From positions 14,270 through 78,269 of the forward strand of contig JAUSKU010000092.1 in assembly GCA_030646755.1 (NCBI GenBank): 64,000 bases of DNA. Reading direction: 5' to 3'. Source of the stretch: Deltaproteobacteria bacterium (GTDB taxonomy: Bacteria > Desulfobacterota > JAENJC01). A program made the position numbers and the translations under genes. The notes below the pieces were generated by a model. That model was given only the letters and a program-made list of their open reading frames with translations. It searched no databases and was not told the DNA's origin. Each line of letters begins with the position of its first letter. Within the stretch, counting starts at the first letter, position 1. This document shows, in pieces, positions 30,399 through 41,339 of this stretch.

Positions 30399-31397
30399 TT
30401 ATTTCTCTAAATAACACCCAAGCGTCGGCGTTGATCCTTCAAATGAGGAGTTTGCCTGCCTTATCCACTCCTCCTTCATGACAAATCTGGATGGATTCTG
30501 ATAATAGTTGTCAACTGCCGTCCTCAGGGTCTTTGTCACCAGGGCCACATAAGACTTTGTCCTCTGCCTTCCCTCTACCTTCAGTGCGTCAATCCCTGCA
30601 TCTGCAAGCTTTGGTATCAGTTCCATTATATTCAGTGATTCCGGGTCTTCGAAGGCATAAAAAGGCCTTCCGTCAACATAATAACGCCCCTTGCAGCATG
30701 TGGGATATGGGGAAGACTCATCTGGGCCGAGTTCATTCAGGCGGATGCCATTCAGGGTGATCCTGAGCTTGTCCTCCTTATTGTCGAACCTCACGAATCT
30801 GGACGGCGAGCAGACTCCCCCTGTGTTACAGGATACACCTGTTACGTATGATGAGAGATAACAGCGCCCCTCGACATTTATACAGAGTCCTCCCAGGGCA
30901 AAGACCTCCAGTTCAACATCTGTCTTTGACCTCAGTATCTTCATCTCATTAACAGTCATGACCCTTGGGAGGACAACTCTCTTGACGCCGAAGTTTTCTT
31001 TATAAAAGTTTATACTTTCTATATTGGAACAGCTTGCCTGGACGCTAAGATGGAGGTTCATATCAGGATACCTGTCACGGGCGTATCTCAATACACCCAT
31101 ATTTGCAAGAATTACGGCGTCAGCCTTGAGCTTATAGGCGTCGTCCACTGCCTGAAACCATATCTTTGCATCATCAAACTGGGGGAATGTATTTATTGCG
31201 ATAAAAACCTTCTTACCTCTCGCATGAGCGTATGCCACCCCTTCTTCTATGTCCTTTAAGGAAAAATTCAGCCCTTCGAAGTTCCTGGCATTGGTGGCAT
31301 TCTGAAATCCAAGATAGGCAACATCTGCACCATTATCAATGGCTGCCTTGAGCGACGGGAGACTTCCTGCAGGGCAGCATAATTCAAGTTTTTTCAT
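30399..31397 (-). CDS. ubiU: U32 family protein, UbiU-like
   Basis: ELCCPAG, NARNFEGLNF, HLSVQAS, GGLCINVEGRCYLSSY, PTCCKGR, KVEGRQR motifs. Confidence 0.82.
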   Translation of the reverse strand: MKKLELCCPAGSLPSLKAAIDNGADVAYLGFQNATNARNFEGLNFSLKDIEEGVAYAHARGKKVFIAINTFPQFDDAKIWFQAVDDAYKLKADAVILANMGVLRYARDRYPDMNLHLSVQASCSNIESINFYKENFGVKRVVLPRVMTVNEMKILRSKTDVELEVFALGGLCINVEGRCYLSSYVTGVSCNTGGVCSPSRFVRFDNKEDKLRITLNGIRLNELGPDESSPYPTCCKGRYYVDGRPFYAFEDPESLNIMELIPKLADAGIDALKVEGRQRTKSYVALVTKTLRTAVDNYYQNPSRFVMKEEWIRQANSSFEGSTPTLGCYLEK

Positions 31398-31623
31398 AAT
31401 CGGCACTCCCTAATGTACTTACAATTGACGGTTACATATAGCAAATAACTGATATTTTTACAAGAGACCAATACCACCCAGGGTAACATCAAAGTCCTTT
31501 GATGGATTCGGCCTGCGGCCTTAATCCACCCTACTTTCTCCAGGGAACTTTTTTCTTGATTTTTTTCGGCAATGTGATAAAGTGTCGCAATGCAATATCT
31601 ATGCGAAAGGAGGTGAACAATTA

Positions 31624-31806
31624 ATGCGTAAACTCTTGATTATGGCCGCTATGGTCCTTGCCATGGCTGTAACATTTGGCTGCAAGAAGGCTGAGGAACC
31701 AGCTCCTGCCCCTGTTGCCGCTCCAGTTCCAGAAGCTGCTCCAGCACCTGAGACTGCCCCAGCACCAGAAGCCGCTCCGGCTGCTCCTGCTCCTGCAGGT
31801 CATTAG
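31624..31806 (+). CDS. Small Ala/Pro-rich lipoprotein
   Basis: AAGGAGGT RBS, signal peptide, FGC lipobox, repeated APAPE. Confidence 0.8.
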   Translation: MRKLLIMAAMVLAMAVTFGCKKAEEPAPAPVAAPVPEAAPAPETAPAPEAAPAAPAPAGH

Positions 31807-31856
31807 TATGTTAGGGGCGTAATTGCGCCCCTACAAAGTAAAAAGGCCTGTATACA

Positions 31857-32726
31857 TTACAGGCCTTTTATTTTTTCGTTCATACTGCCGGTGCGGTAAC
31901 CCTCTATATCAAGGGTTACATAGGTAAACCCTTCTTTCTTAAACACACTCACTACTTGTTCCTTTATATCCTTGTTCAAGAATAACTGTATCTCAGCCTC
32001 AGGAACTTCTATTCTCGCTAATTCCCCATGATACCTTACCCTGAACTGGCTGAATCCAAGCCTCTTTAAGGTATCTTCACAATTGCCGACCTTTTTCAGC
32101 TTATCAATCGTAATCTCTGTTCCATAAGGAAATCTCGAGGACAAACAGGCAAAGGAGGGTTTGTCCCAGGTAAAAAGCCCGAGTCCCCTGCTCAATTCCC
32201 TTATTTCGTCCTTGGAAAGTCCGGCCTCCATAAGGGGGCTCCTGACGCCTAATTCAATGGCCGCATCCCTCCCAGGCCTGTAATCCCTTAAATCGTCAGA
32301 GTTAGAACCATCCGCAACCCATGAGAAACCGAGATCTCCAGCTTTTTCCTTCAGCTTTTCAAAAAGCTCACTCTTGCAGAAATAGCACCTTTTTAGGTTG
32401 TTCTCGGAAAAGCCAGGGATTTCGAGTTCATTGGAGTCGAAGATGATATGCCTGACACCCATTTCGGCGGCAAGCCTTACTGCATCCGTTAACTCTGATT
32501 CAGGGTATGTAGGAGATGTGGCAGTAGCCGCAATAACCCTGTCACCGAGGGTATCCTTCGCGACTTTAAGGAGAAAGGTAGAATCAACTCCACCTGAAAA
32601 GGCCACTATAACAGAGCCCATTTCTTTCAAGATATGCTTGAGATGGAGAAGCTTCGAGTTTCGGGCTTCGGATTTAGAGTCAGGTATTTCCGATCGCTGA
32701 CCACTGTCTTGGAAGCTTTCCATCAT
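31857..32726 (-). CDS. larE: LarE-like ATP-dependent sulfur transferase
   Basis: AFSGGVDST, RCYFCK, DYRPG, KPSFACLSSRFPYG, GYRTGSMN motifs. Confidence 0.9.
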   Translation of the reverse strand: MMESFQDSGQRSEIPDSKSEARNSKLLHLKHILKEMGSVIVAFSGGVDSTFLLKVAKDTLGDRVIAATATSPTYPESELTDAVRLAAEMGVRHIIFDSNELEIPGFSENNLKRCYFCKSELFEKLKEKAGDLGFSWVADGSNSDDLRDYRPGRDAAIELGVRSPLMEAGLSKDEIRELSRGLGLFTWDKPSFACLSSRFPYGTEITIDKLKKVGNCEDTLKRLGFSQFRVRYHGELARIEVPEAEIQLFLNKDIKEQVVSVFKKEGFTYVTLDIEGYRTGSMNEKIKGL

Positions 32727-33730
32727 ATCCTCATAGAGTCTAAAACTGACTCTTCTATTGGCGCCGTCACCGTGAGGTTCCCCGATGAACTCCCATTCTG
32801 ATATTCAACAGAAGGCATTTCATCGTCCTTTACCTTGCCGTATCTGAGGATTATGGAGCCTATCAATTCTCTATCTTCCTCGGTCAACTCTCCCTTTGCC
32901 AGAGCGACCGGCCCAGAAAATCCAGCAGCTTCGAAGAAAGTATCGCCATTGCCTTTGAATGCCAAAAGCTTCTTATTGTCGTCTTCATCCCTGCCGACTA
33001 TGACCTTAAGGTCACTGCTGACCCTGAAATGACGCCCTATTTGAAGGAGCTTCATCTCAGACCAGACATTCCTTTCTGAGTGGCCAAAATAGTCTTTGAG
33101 GCGTCTTCCAAAATTCTGATCTGTTAGGAGACACCCCCCGGAAGAGCATGGATAGTCCTCTACCTCAAACTCTTTAGCTATCTTTATCTGTTCCTTCCTT
33201 GATCTGCCTGATATGCCAAGCATCTTTTCTCTGTCAATTATTCCCATCTTTTCCGGTATAGTAATGGGCAGAAGCTTTGCAGAAAGAGGCCTGACTATCA
33301 GACCTTCAAGCCCAGCTTCTTTCTCTATTGTAAACATGGGGTCCCTTCTCTGGGACATCGGCCTCTGACCGAGGACCTCTCCTGTTATTATGAATGATGC
33401 CCCGACCTTCGGCAGAAGGTCCTTCGCCATCTGGAAGGAGAATATCCTGCAGTCGACACAGGGGTTCATCCCGCTTCCATACCCATATTTTGGATGCCTC
33501 ACAACCTCAAGGTACTCCAGCCCCTTGTGTACAACCTTTATATCCACCTGAAAATCTTCAGCCACCTTTATGGCGTGGGACTTACACCCCTCCCTGTCCT
33601 TACCATCACAATTACAGAAGGGTGACTTGAAGTTCAGCGCAACCACCTCAATCCCCTGTTCCAGCATAAGCTTTACAGCCAGTGTACTGTCAAGCCCGCC
33701 GGACAACAGGGCAATAGCCTTTTTGTTCAA
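32723..33730 (-). CDS. PP-loop tRNA thiolation enzyme (ThiI/MnmA-like)
   Basis: LLSGGLDS, NPCVDCR, TGEVLGQRPMSQ, GGCLLTD, GRHFR motifs. Confidence 0.8.
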   Translation of the reverse strand: MNKKAIALLSGGLDSTLAVKLMLEQGIEVVALNFKSPFCNCDGKDREGCKSHAIKVAEDFQVDIKVVHKGLEYLEVVRHPKYGYGSGMNPCVDCRIFSFQMAKDLLPKVGASFIITGEVLGQRPMSQRRDPMFTIEKEAGLEGLIVRPLSAKLLPITIPEKMGIIDREKMLGISGRSRKEQIKIAKEFEVEDYPCSSGGCLLTDQNFGRRLKDYFGHSERNVWSEMKLLQIGRHFRVSSDLKVIVGRDEDDNKKLLAFKGNGDTFFEAAGFSGPVALAKGELTEEDRELIGSIILRYGKVKDDEMPSVEYQNGSSSGNLTVTAPIEESVLDSMRI

Positions 33731-33870
33731 TCCTAAACCTCCCTCTTTGGATGTTAGTGGTTAACATTTTCGATATACAGCTATAAATCTCTTTTAGAGT
33801 TTGGTACGAAGGTAACTCGAGTTGCATTAATACTGATTTTTAAGGAGTAGTGCAACGTATCGAAACCGCT

Positions 33871-34539
33871 TTATGGTCTTATTTCCCATACAAGCTCTCC
33901 TCTGCCTGGAGGGCCGGTCATCACAAACTTTACAGATTTAGTCTCATTTGTTATCAGCTGCCTCTGATCAAGCAAATTCAAGGGGAATTTCACAGAATAC
34001 CCAACGCTCCAATCATCGAAATACGGAAAAAACCGAGTGATGTTCGGCCCTTTCCCCTTGAGTTTTTTTATCTCCAGGGGAGATACCCTTTCACCCATTT
34101 CATTTACAAGGTAAAGGGCCCATATAGGCTCTTTTCTTTCCAAATCACTCCATTCCTGAATCGGGGTATGAATTGAAATAAAGAACTCATGATATCCCCT
34201 TGGGGCCTCTATCTCATCCTCAGCAAGTTTTTTCACCTTCTCTGTGTCAAGCATGTAAACTGTTGAATATTCTCTGACATAAGACTCCCTGAACTCTTCG
34301 GTCTTAAAGGTCGCGTTAATAAGCAATTTCGTTTCAAAATTACTATAAACTTTACCTTCCCTTGTCCATTTTTTAAGGACAGACCCGTATCCATTCTCAG
34401 TAGGCTTTGTCACCTTTTGGGTAGCGCAGGAGGTTAAAAGGAGGCAACAAATAACGTAAGACGTGAGACGTGAGACGTGAAACGTCTGATACCGAGCACT
34501 GACCACTGACCACTGACCACCGACCACTGTTTTCATCAT
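33871..34539 (-). CDS. Hypothetical lipoprotein
   Basis: LTSC lipobox; operon position; N-terminus encoded by heptamer repeats. Confidence 0.7.
   Translation of the reverse strand: MMKTVVGGQWSVVSARYQTFHVSRLTSYVICCLLLTSCATQKVTKPTENGYGSVLKKWTREGKVYSNFETKLLINATFKTEEFRESYVREYSTVYMLDTEKVKKLAEDEIEAPRGYHEFFISIHTPIQEWSDLERKEPIWALYLVNEMGERVSPLEIKKLKGKGPNITRFFPYFDDWSVGYSVKFPLNLLDQRQLITNETKSVKFVMTGPPGRGELVWEIRP
34452..34530. repeat. Two adjacent heptamer tracts (GACGTGA)n and (CCACTGA)n
   Basis: aagacgtgagacgtgagacgtgaaacg...gcactgaccactgaccactgaccaccgaccactg. Confidence 0.85.
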
Positions 34540-35087
34540 TTCCCTTCAACATCTCTCTTTGTAAACAACACTTCCAGATCGTAACCTGCCTCTTTGACAG
34601 CCTCCATTCCACCTTCCTCCCTGTCAACGAGGGCCAGGACCCTGACAACGTTGAACCCCTCTGCTTTGACCCTTTCAATGGCCTTGATCATGGAACCGCC
34701 GGTTGTCACCACATCCTCTACAACAGCTACATTGGCCCCTTCTCCCAGGTTCTTTCTACCCTCTATCCACTGGCCTGTGCCATGACCTTTAGGCTCTTTC
34801 CTCACTATAAACGCGGGAACAGGATTGCCCTCCATGTAACTCGTCATGGATATGGCTGTAACAATAGGGTCGGCCCCTAAGGTAGGCCCGCCAACGCCTT
34901 CTACCTGTTTGCCTTGCTTAAGCATACCATACATGAGCCTGCCTATCAAACAGGCACCCTCCGCATTAAGCGCGGTCTGCCGGCAGTCTATATAAAAGTC
35001 GCTCTCCCTGCCTGATGCAAGGGTGACCTTTTTCTTCTGGTATGATTTATCCCTGAGTATCTCTAAAAGCCTGGCTTTATCATCCAT
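34536..35087 (-). CDS. pyrE: Orotate phosphoribosyltransferase
   Basis: LASGRESDFYIDCR, VRKEPKGHG, VVEDVVTTGGS motifs. Confidence 0.96.
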   Translation of the reverse strand: MDDKARLLEILRDKSYQKKKVTLASGRESDFYIDCRQTALNAEGACLIGRLMYGMLKQGKQVEGVGGPTLGADPIVTAISMTSYMEGNPVPAFIVRKEPKGHGTGQWIEGRKNLGEGANVAVVEDVVTTGGSMIKAIERVKAEGFNVVRVLALVDREEGGMEAVKEAGYDLEVLFTKRDVEGK

Positions 35088-35141
35088 AATGGAAATTAAA
35101 CCTCCGGTTACTGTAGGGGCAGGGATTGCCCCTACAAATAT

Positions 35142-36533
35142 TTATTTTTCAAACAGCCTTAACTGACCCTGCCCCATCCATGGGAATTCCACTGGATAAC
35201 GCCCGCTGAAACATGCGTCGCAAAAGTAATCACCTTTTGCTACAGAAAGCATCCCTTCTGTGCTCAGATAACCGAGGGTGTCGGATGTAATATACTTATT
35301 TGTTTCTTCAACTGTATGAGTTGAGGCAATCAGCTCCTGCCTCGATGGCGTATCTACGCCGTAAAAGCACGGGAACATAGTAGGAGGGGAAGAGATGCGG
35401 AAATGGATCTCTTTGGCCCCGGCAGCCTTTATCATCTTTATTATCTTCCTGGCCGTCGTTCCCCTCACGATAGAATCATCCACAACGACAACCCTTTTAC
35501 CGGAAAAGGCCCCCCGGACCGCATTCAATTTTATCTTTACTCCGAAGTGGCGAATAGACTGTCTCGGCTCTATGAAGGTACGTCCTATGTAATGGTTCCT
35601 GATAAGCCCCGTCTCAAAAGGAAGACCGGCCTCTTCGGCATATCCTATGGCCGCAGGAACTCCTGAGTCAGGCACGGGAATGACCATGTCCGCCTCAACA
35701 GGATGTTCCCTCGCGAGCTGTTTCCCGAATCCCTTCCTCACCTCATAGACGTTACTTCCGAAGACGTTACTGTCAGGCCTGGCAAAGTATATAAATTCAA
35801 AGATACAGGGTGAAGGCTTGACCTCCGGAAATGGTTTGTATGAGTGCAGACCTTTCTCATCTATAACCAAAATCTCACCGGGTTCAATATCCCTGACATA
35901 TTCCGCCTCTACCAGGTCAAGGGCACAGGTCTCAGAGGCCACCACATAAGAATCCTTCATCCTGCCGAGACAGAGTGGCCTGAACCCGTTCGGGTCTCTC
36001 ACCGCCACCATGGAGGTCTCTGTAAGGAAGAGTAGGGAATAGGCCCCTCTCACCTGTTCCAATGCACTTACAAGCCTTTCAAATAATGCCCCCTCCTTAG
36101 AGGTTGCAATCAGGTGGACGATTACCTCCGTATCGGTAGTCGACTGGAATATTGACCCATGGGCCTCCAATTCATCCCTGAGAATAGCGGCATTGACCAG
36201 GTTCCCGTTATGGGCAACGGCCAGAGGCCCCCTGGCATAATCAACAACGATAGGCTGGACATTTTTTAGATGGCTCTCTCCGGCGGTGGAATATCTAACA
36301 TGCCCTATGGCGTTGTTGCCGGGAAGCCTTTTTAAGACATCCTCACTAAAGATGTCAGCCACAAGTCCCATTTCCTTATGGCTGTGTAATTTACTACCGT
36401 CGGAAGAAACTATCCCGGCGCCTTCCTGTCCTCTGTGCTGCAATGCATAGAGCCCAAGATAAGTGAGGTTTGCCGCCTCCGGATGACCGTATATGCCGAA
36501 TATCCCGCATTCGTCTTTGAATTTATCAAACAT
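35142..36533 (-). CDS. purF: Amidophosphoribosyltransferase
   Basis: [31 protein letters not shown] motifs. Confidence 0.97.
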   Translation of the reverse strand: MFDKFKDECGIFGIYGHPEAANLTYLGLYALQHRGQEGAGIVSSDGSKLHSHKEMGLVADIFSEDVLKRLPGNNAIGHVRYSTAGESHLKNVQPIVVDYARGPLAVAHNGNLVNAAILRDELEAHGSIFQSTTDTEVIVHLIATSKEGALFERLVSALEQVRGAYSLLFLTETSMVAVRDPNGFRPLCLGRMKDSYVVASETCALDLVEAEYVRDIEPGEILVIDEKGLHSYKPFPEVKPSPCIFEFIYFARPDSNVFGSNVYEVRKGFGKQLAREHPVEADMVIPVPDSGVPAAIGYAEEAGLPFETGLIRNHYIGRTFIEPRQSIRHFGVKIKLNAVRGAFSGKRVVVVDDSIVRGTTARKIIKMIKAAGAKEIHFRISSPPTMFPCFYGVDTPSRQELIASTHTVEETNKYITSDTLGYLSTEGMLSVAKGDYFCDACFSGRYPVEFPWMGQGQLRLFEK

Positions 36534-36582
36534 TTTACCCCTTATATTATATAGGGGCAGGTTTTAAACTTGCCCCTACGGT

Positions 36583-38796
36583 TTACACCCCTAATCTCCT
36601 CGGTATCGCTTCGCTCCAGGCCTTTTCCATCTCCTGAACCGGCAGCTCTATAAGATCATTTATAGAAAGCCTTTCTCCCCCTACCCTTCCTATGACCGTC
36701 ACTGGAGCCTTACAATTCTCAGCTATCCCTTTAAACTCCTGCAAATCCGTTTCAGAAACCGTAACGACAATCCTAGACTGAGATTCACCGAAGAGGAGGG
36801 CATCCTTTCTTATATCCACAGGCAGCTCGATCCTTGCCCCTATCCTGTGCCCTTCTGCCGTAAAACAGCACTCGGCCAAAGATACGGCAAGGCCTCCCTC
36901 AGAACAGTCATGGGCCGATTTTATAAGCCCCTTCTGAATGCCTTCGAGACATGAATCCTGCACCGCCTTTTCAAGAGTCAAATCCAGAGATGGCGGCATC
37001 CCCTTTTCAAGGGCGTGGATCACCTTCAGGTACTCGCTTCCTCCTATCTCCTCCCTGTTCAGCCCCAGGAGGATTATCACATCCCCATCGTTCTTGAACC
37101 AAGAGGTACAGTGATGAGCGACATCATCCAGTAGGCCGACCATTCCGACTGTCGGTGTCGGATGTATGGCAACCCCCTGGGTCTCGTTGTAAAGACTGAC
37201 GTTTCCGCCGATAACAGGTGTATCAAGCGTACTGCAGGCCTTGCTCAGGCCAAGGGTGGCTTGCTGGAACTGCCACATGATTTCAGGCTTTTCTGGATTG
37301 CCGAAGTTCAGACAGTCCGTAACGGCCATGGGCTTACCGCCGGAACAGACAATGTTCCTCGCAGCCTCGGCAACTGCAATCATCCCCCCTGTGTACGGGT
37401 CCAGATAACAGTAACGGGAATTGCAGTCGGTGGTCATTGCCAGGCCCTTAGTTGTCCCCTTCACCCTTATGACTGCTGCATCAGAGCCAGGCAGAACAAC
37501 AGTGTTGGTCCTTACCATATGGTCATACTGCCTGTAAATCCATCTCTTGCTTGCAATAGTCGGAGAGTCCAGCAGTTTCAGCAGGACATCGTTATAATCT
37601 ACAGGCTCTTTGATTGTTTTCAGATCAAGGGTCTGTAGCTCGGTTTGATACTCCGGTCTCTTTACAGGCCTATTGTATAAGGGGGCTCCGTCTGCGAGAG
37701 GTTTCACAGGAAGCTCTGCGACGGTCTGTCCATGCATCTTGATGCGCATGAATCCGTCGTCAGTTACCCTTCCAACTACAACTGCATCCAGGTCCCATTT
37801 CTTAAATATCTCAACAATCTTCTCTTCAGTCCCTTCCCTTGCAACCAGGAGCATGCGCTCCTGGGACTCGGAAAGCATTATCTCATATGGGGTCATCCCC
37901 TCTTCCCTCATAGGAACATCGTCAAGGACCATCTCTATGCCTGTCCCTGCCCTGGAGGCCATCTCAAAAGACGAAGAAGTAAGTCCTGCTGCCCCCATGT
38001 CCTGGATACCAACCACATAGTCGGTCTTGAAGACTTCGAGGCAGGCCTCAAGGAGGAGCTTCTCCGTAAACGGGTCTCCAACCTGCACTGTAGGTCTCTT
38101 TTCTTCCGACCCCTCGCCGAACTCGGCAGACGCCATTGTCGCCCCGTGGATACCATCCCTACCTGTCTTGGACCCCACATAAACCACAGGGTTTCCTATA
38201 CCGGAGGCGTTCCCCTTGAATATCTTGTCTACCCTCACAAGGCCGACCGTCATGGCATTGACAAGGATATTCCCTTTATAGCAATCATTAAAATAGACCT
38301 CTCCTCCCACTGTCGGAATCCCCATGCAGTTTCCGTATCCTGCGATACCGGCCACAACACCATTCAATAGATACCTCTGCTTCGGCTCTTCAAGACTACC
38401 AAATCTCAGGGAGTTAAGATTTGCAACAGGTCTTGCACCCATGGTGAAGATATCTCTCAGGATGCCTCCAACTCCAGTAGCAGCACCCTGATAAGGCTCT
38501 ATAAAGGATGGATGGTTGTGAGACTCCATTTTGAAGACCACTCCAATGCCTTCACCTATATATATGACTCCGGCATTTTCTCCCGGCCCCTGAATGACCC
38601 ACTGCGCAGTCGTAGGGAAGTTCTTCAGGTAAACCTTGGAGGATTTATAAGAGCAATGCTCACTCCACATGACAGAGAATATCCCAAGTTCAACCAGATT
38701 TGGTTCGCGGCCAAGGATCTCAAGAACCTTCTGGTATTCCTCCACACTGAGGCCGTGGGATGCAACAACTTCTTTTGTAATTTTTGTGTCTGTCAT
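36583..38796 (-). CDS. purL: FGAM synthase subunit PurL
   Basis: [32 protein letters not shown] motifs. Confidence 0.97.
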   Translation of the reverse strand: MTDTKITKEVVASHGLSVEEYQKVLEILGREPNLVELGIFSVMWSEHCSYKSSKVYLKNFPTTAQWVIQGPGENAGVIYIGEGIGVVFKMESHNHPSFIEPYQGAATGVGGILRDIFTMGARPVANLNSLRFGSLEEPKQRYLLNGVVAGIAGYGNCMGIPTVGGEVYFNDCYKGNILVNAMTVGLVRVDKIFKGNASGIGNPVVYVGSKTGRDGIHGATMASAEFGEGSEEKRPTVQVGDPFTEKLLLEACLEVFKTDYVVGIQDMGAAGLTSSSFEMASRAGTGIEMVLDDVPMREEGMTPYEIMLSESQERMLLVAREGTEEKIVEIFKKWDLDAVVVGRVTDDGFMRIKMHGQTVAELPVKPLADGAPLYNRPVKRPEYQTELQTLDLKTIKEPVDYNDVLLKLLDSPTIASKRWIYRQYDHMVRTNTVVLPGSDAAVIRVKGTTKGLAMTTDCNSRYCYLDPYTGGMIAVAEAARNIVCSGGKPMAVTDCLNFGNPEKPEIMWQFQQATLGLSKACSTLDTPVIGGNVSLYNETQGVAIHPTPTVGMVGLLDDVAHHCTSWFKNDGDVIILLGLNREEIGGSEYLKVIHALEKGMPPSLDLTLEKAVQDSCLEGIQKGLIKSAHDCSEGGLAVSLAECCFTAEGHRIGARIELPVDIRKDALLFGESQSRIVVTVSETDLQEFKGIAENCKAPVTVIGRVGGERLSINDLIELPVQEMEKAWSEAIPRRLGV

Positions 38797-38996
38797 CCCA
38801 TCTTCTCCGAAATCTCGTCCACAGCAACCTTAAGGTCTTCCACAGCCGTTTCCATAGAGTCTATAGCGAACTTGATCTCTGTCAGAAGACCGTAAAGCTC
38901 ATCATTCATGGCAATAAAGGTGCATTTCTTGGAATCCTTTGAAAAAAGTTCACATTCAGTGGTGCACTCGCATTTCATAAACGGGCATAAAGCCAT
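38793..38996 (-). CDS. Small Cys-rich hypothetical protein
   Basis: AGGAG RBS, five Cys in the first 25 aa, ATGA overlap with purL. Confidence 0.65.
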   Translation of the reverse strand: MALCPFMKCECTTECELFSKDSKKCTFIAMNDELYGLLTEIKFAIDSMETAVEDLKVAVDEISEKMG

Positions 38997-39163
38997 ATCT
39001 TTCTCCTGAAATCGTAAAATTTACCGCAGAGGCGCAGCCAAAAGTAGACGCTTCTAAGCGAGACGCAGAGTTTTATTGTCACCCTGAGTGAAGCGAAGGG
39101 TCTAAGATTCTTCGCTTCGCTCAGAATGACATGTTTAATGAGCTTTCTCTGTGCCCTCTGTGG

Positions 39164-39850
39164 CTAAAAGGAACTTAACACTGATTCAAAAAACCTCTTC
39201 CCGTCAACATTCCCGAGTATGTCCTCCGCACACCTCTCCGGGTGCGGCATAATGCCAAGGACGTTCCTTTTTTCATTGCAGATCCCGGCAATATTCAGGA
39301 GGGAGCCGTTGGGATTTGCATTCTCTGTAATATTTCCATCCGCATCGCAGTAGCGGAAGATTATCTGGCCATTATCCTGAATCCTTTTTAATGTCTCATC
39401 ATCTGCAAAATAGTTCCCGTCCGCATGGGCGATAGGCATCCTTACAACCTCCCCTTTCTTATAAAGCCTTGTAAATGGAAAATCATTGCTTTCCACACGA
39501 ATATACCTGTTTTCGCAGATGAACTTTAAATCTTTGTTTCTCATCAATACGCCTGGAAGAAGCCCTGCCTCAACCAGTATCTGAAAGCCGTTGCATATCC
39601 CTATGACAAGTCCGCCTTCATCCGCAAACTCCTTCACTTCTTTCATAACAGGAGAGAACATGGCTATTGCCCCTGTCCTCAGGTAATCGCCATAGGAAAA
39701 CCCTCCGGGAAGTATAAGGCAGTCAAACCCGTTTATTTGGGTCTCCTTATGCCAGATATACTCTGCCTCCTGCCCAAGAACATTTTTTACGACATGATAG
39801 CAGTCATGGTCGCAGTTTGAACCAGGAAATACAACTATTCCGAATTTCAT
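39164..39850 (-). CDS. purQ: FGAM synthase subunit PurQ
   Basis: [31 protein letters not shown] motifs. Confidence 0.97.
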   Translation of the reverse strand: MKFGIVVFPGSNCDHDCYHVVKNVLGQEAEYIWHKETQINGFDCLILPGGFSYGDYLRTGAIAMFSPVMKEVKEFADEGGLVIGICNGFQILVEAGLLPGVLMRNKDLKFICENRYIRVESNDFPFTRLYKKGEVVRMPIAHADGNYFADDETLKRIQDNGQIIFRYCDADGNITENANPNGSLLNIAGICNEKRNVLGIMPHPERCAEDILGNVDGKRFFESVLSSF

Positions 39851-39862
39851 ATTTCACCTTTT

Positions 39863-39921
39863 TGTAGGGGCAACCCTGTGTGGTTGCCCTAATTGGGACG
39901 GCCACATAGGGCCGCCCTTAC
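39863..39921. repeat. GTAG-type REP doublet
   Basis: tgtaggggcaacc...ggttgccct / gggacggcc...ggccgcccttaca; single copies at about 31812, 35113 and 36551. Confidence 0.75.
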
Positions 39922-40157
39922 AATATTTCAAACCTGTAATTCTCAATCACCGTATTTGCAAGGAGCTTCTCGCACATCTCTTTGACCTTCTTCTCTGCAT
40001 CAGGCTTAGGGATATCGGCAAGCTTAATCTCTATAAACTTCCCTATCCTTACATCCTCCGCCTCTTTATAACCGATCGACTCCAGGGAGTGCTGAACTGC
40101 TTTCCCCTGCGGGTCCAAGACCCCTTTTTTAAGCGTAACATAAACCTTTGCAATCAT
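39918..40157 (-). CDS. purS: FGAM synthase subunit PurS
   Basis: VLDPQGKAV, VRIGK, LLANTVIENY motifs. Confidence 0.96.
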   Translation of the reverse strand: MIAKVYVTLKKGVLDPQGKAVQHSLESIGYKEAEDVRIGKFIEIKLADIPKPDAEKKVKEMCEKLLANTVIENYRFEIL

Positions 40158-40305
40158 AATAGAACTCCTCTCATTTGACACTGATTAATACCGATTCAAT
40201 GTGATCTTCACTGATGCTTTTTTGAAAATCTGTGTAAATCATAGTTCTTCTGTGTCAATCTGTGTCGAAAATGTTTTTCTCTGCGCTCTCTGCGGTAAAA
40301 TAATT

Positions 40306-41337
40306 TTACTTTGAATATACGACTCTTGTCGGAAACGGTATCTCTATCCCATTTTCCTGAAACCTCTTTAATATTAACATGTTAATAGCATCCTGACTCG
40401 GGACCTTGTCTCCAAACTTTTCAGTGGTATAAATCAACAGCAGTTCAAGGGAAAAATCGCCAAACTTGGTTAAAAAGACATCGGGGGCAGGCTCCTTTAC
40501 TATAGAAGAAACCGAAAGAGCGCTTTCCTTCATGATCTGTTTGGCCTTCTCTACATCGCTACCATAGGCAACACCGACAGATATCATGTTCTTTATCTTT
40601 GGACTTGGAAAGCTGAGATTTACGACCTTTGTGTTTACCAGTTCCGCGTTGGGCACCACCAGGACGTTCTGCTCAGGGGTCATTATCTTTGTACTCCTTA
40701 GTCCTATATCAAGGACATCTCCGATCTGCCCGCCCGTAAGCTCAATCCTGTCTCCTATCCCGAAAGGCCTGTCCACCATGATAGTGAATCCAGACAGCAT
40801 ATTGGTCAGGGTTTCCTTTGCGGCAAGACCTATGGCCAGAGAGCCGACTCCCAGAGCCGTTAGAAGGGAAAGGACGTCATACCCAAAATGCCTGAGCACC
40901 GTTATGAGTCCCATCACAAAGATAAAAATATTTATAATCTTTTCTACCAGCGGGATGAGCTGATCATCAACAGTTGATTCGGTCTTTGCAGCAATCTCAC
41001 TGGCATACCACTCTATGATGGTATCAGCAACCTTCAGCGCCAGGGTTATGACAATAATTACTCCAAAGACAAAGACTATCCCGTCTGCTATTGACTTGAC
41101 CTTTGGAGAAAGAGGAAGTCTGGCGATGGCTATATACAAGCCTATAAGAACAATTATGAAAGAGATCGGCTTCTTTACTGCCTCGATAATACGGTCATCC
41201 AGGTCGCTGGCTGTAAACTTGGTAAACTTGGGAGCCCAATGGGTAAGTATATAAAGGGTTATCTTGCCGGCTACCCACGAAATAGCGAGGATGCCAAAGG
41301 AGACCAAAGTTTCGCTAAGCCAGAGGGGTATTTGCAT
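40306..41337 (-). CDS. MscS family mechanosensitive channel
   Basis: LAIGLAAKETL, RPFGIGDRI, IGLRSTKI, GIEIPFP motifs. Confidence 0.92.
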   Translation of the reverse strand: MQIPLWLSETLVSFGILAISWVAGKITLYILTHWAPKFTKFTASDLDDRIIEAVKKPISFIIVLIGLYIAIARLPLSPKVKSIADGIVFVFGVIIVITLALKVADTIIEWYASEIAAKTESTVDDQLIPLVEKIINIFIFVMGLITVLRHFGYDVLSLLTALGVGSLAIGLAAKETLTNMLSGFTIMVDRPFGIGDRIELTGGQIGDVLDIGLRSTKIMTPEQNVLVVPNAELVNTKVVNLSFPSPKIKNMISVGVAYGSDVEKAKQIMKESALSVSSIVKEPAPDVFLTKFGDFSLELLLIYTTEKFGDKVPSQDAINMLILKRFQENGIEIPFPTRVVYSK

Positions 41338-41339
41338 CT

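Noticed and set aside
31470-31487. ataccacccagggtaa as a second copy of the 29657 palindrome
   Set aside because: Too short and imperfect to support.
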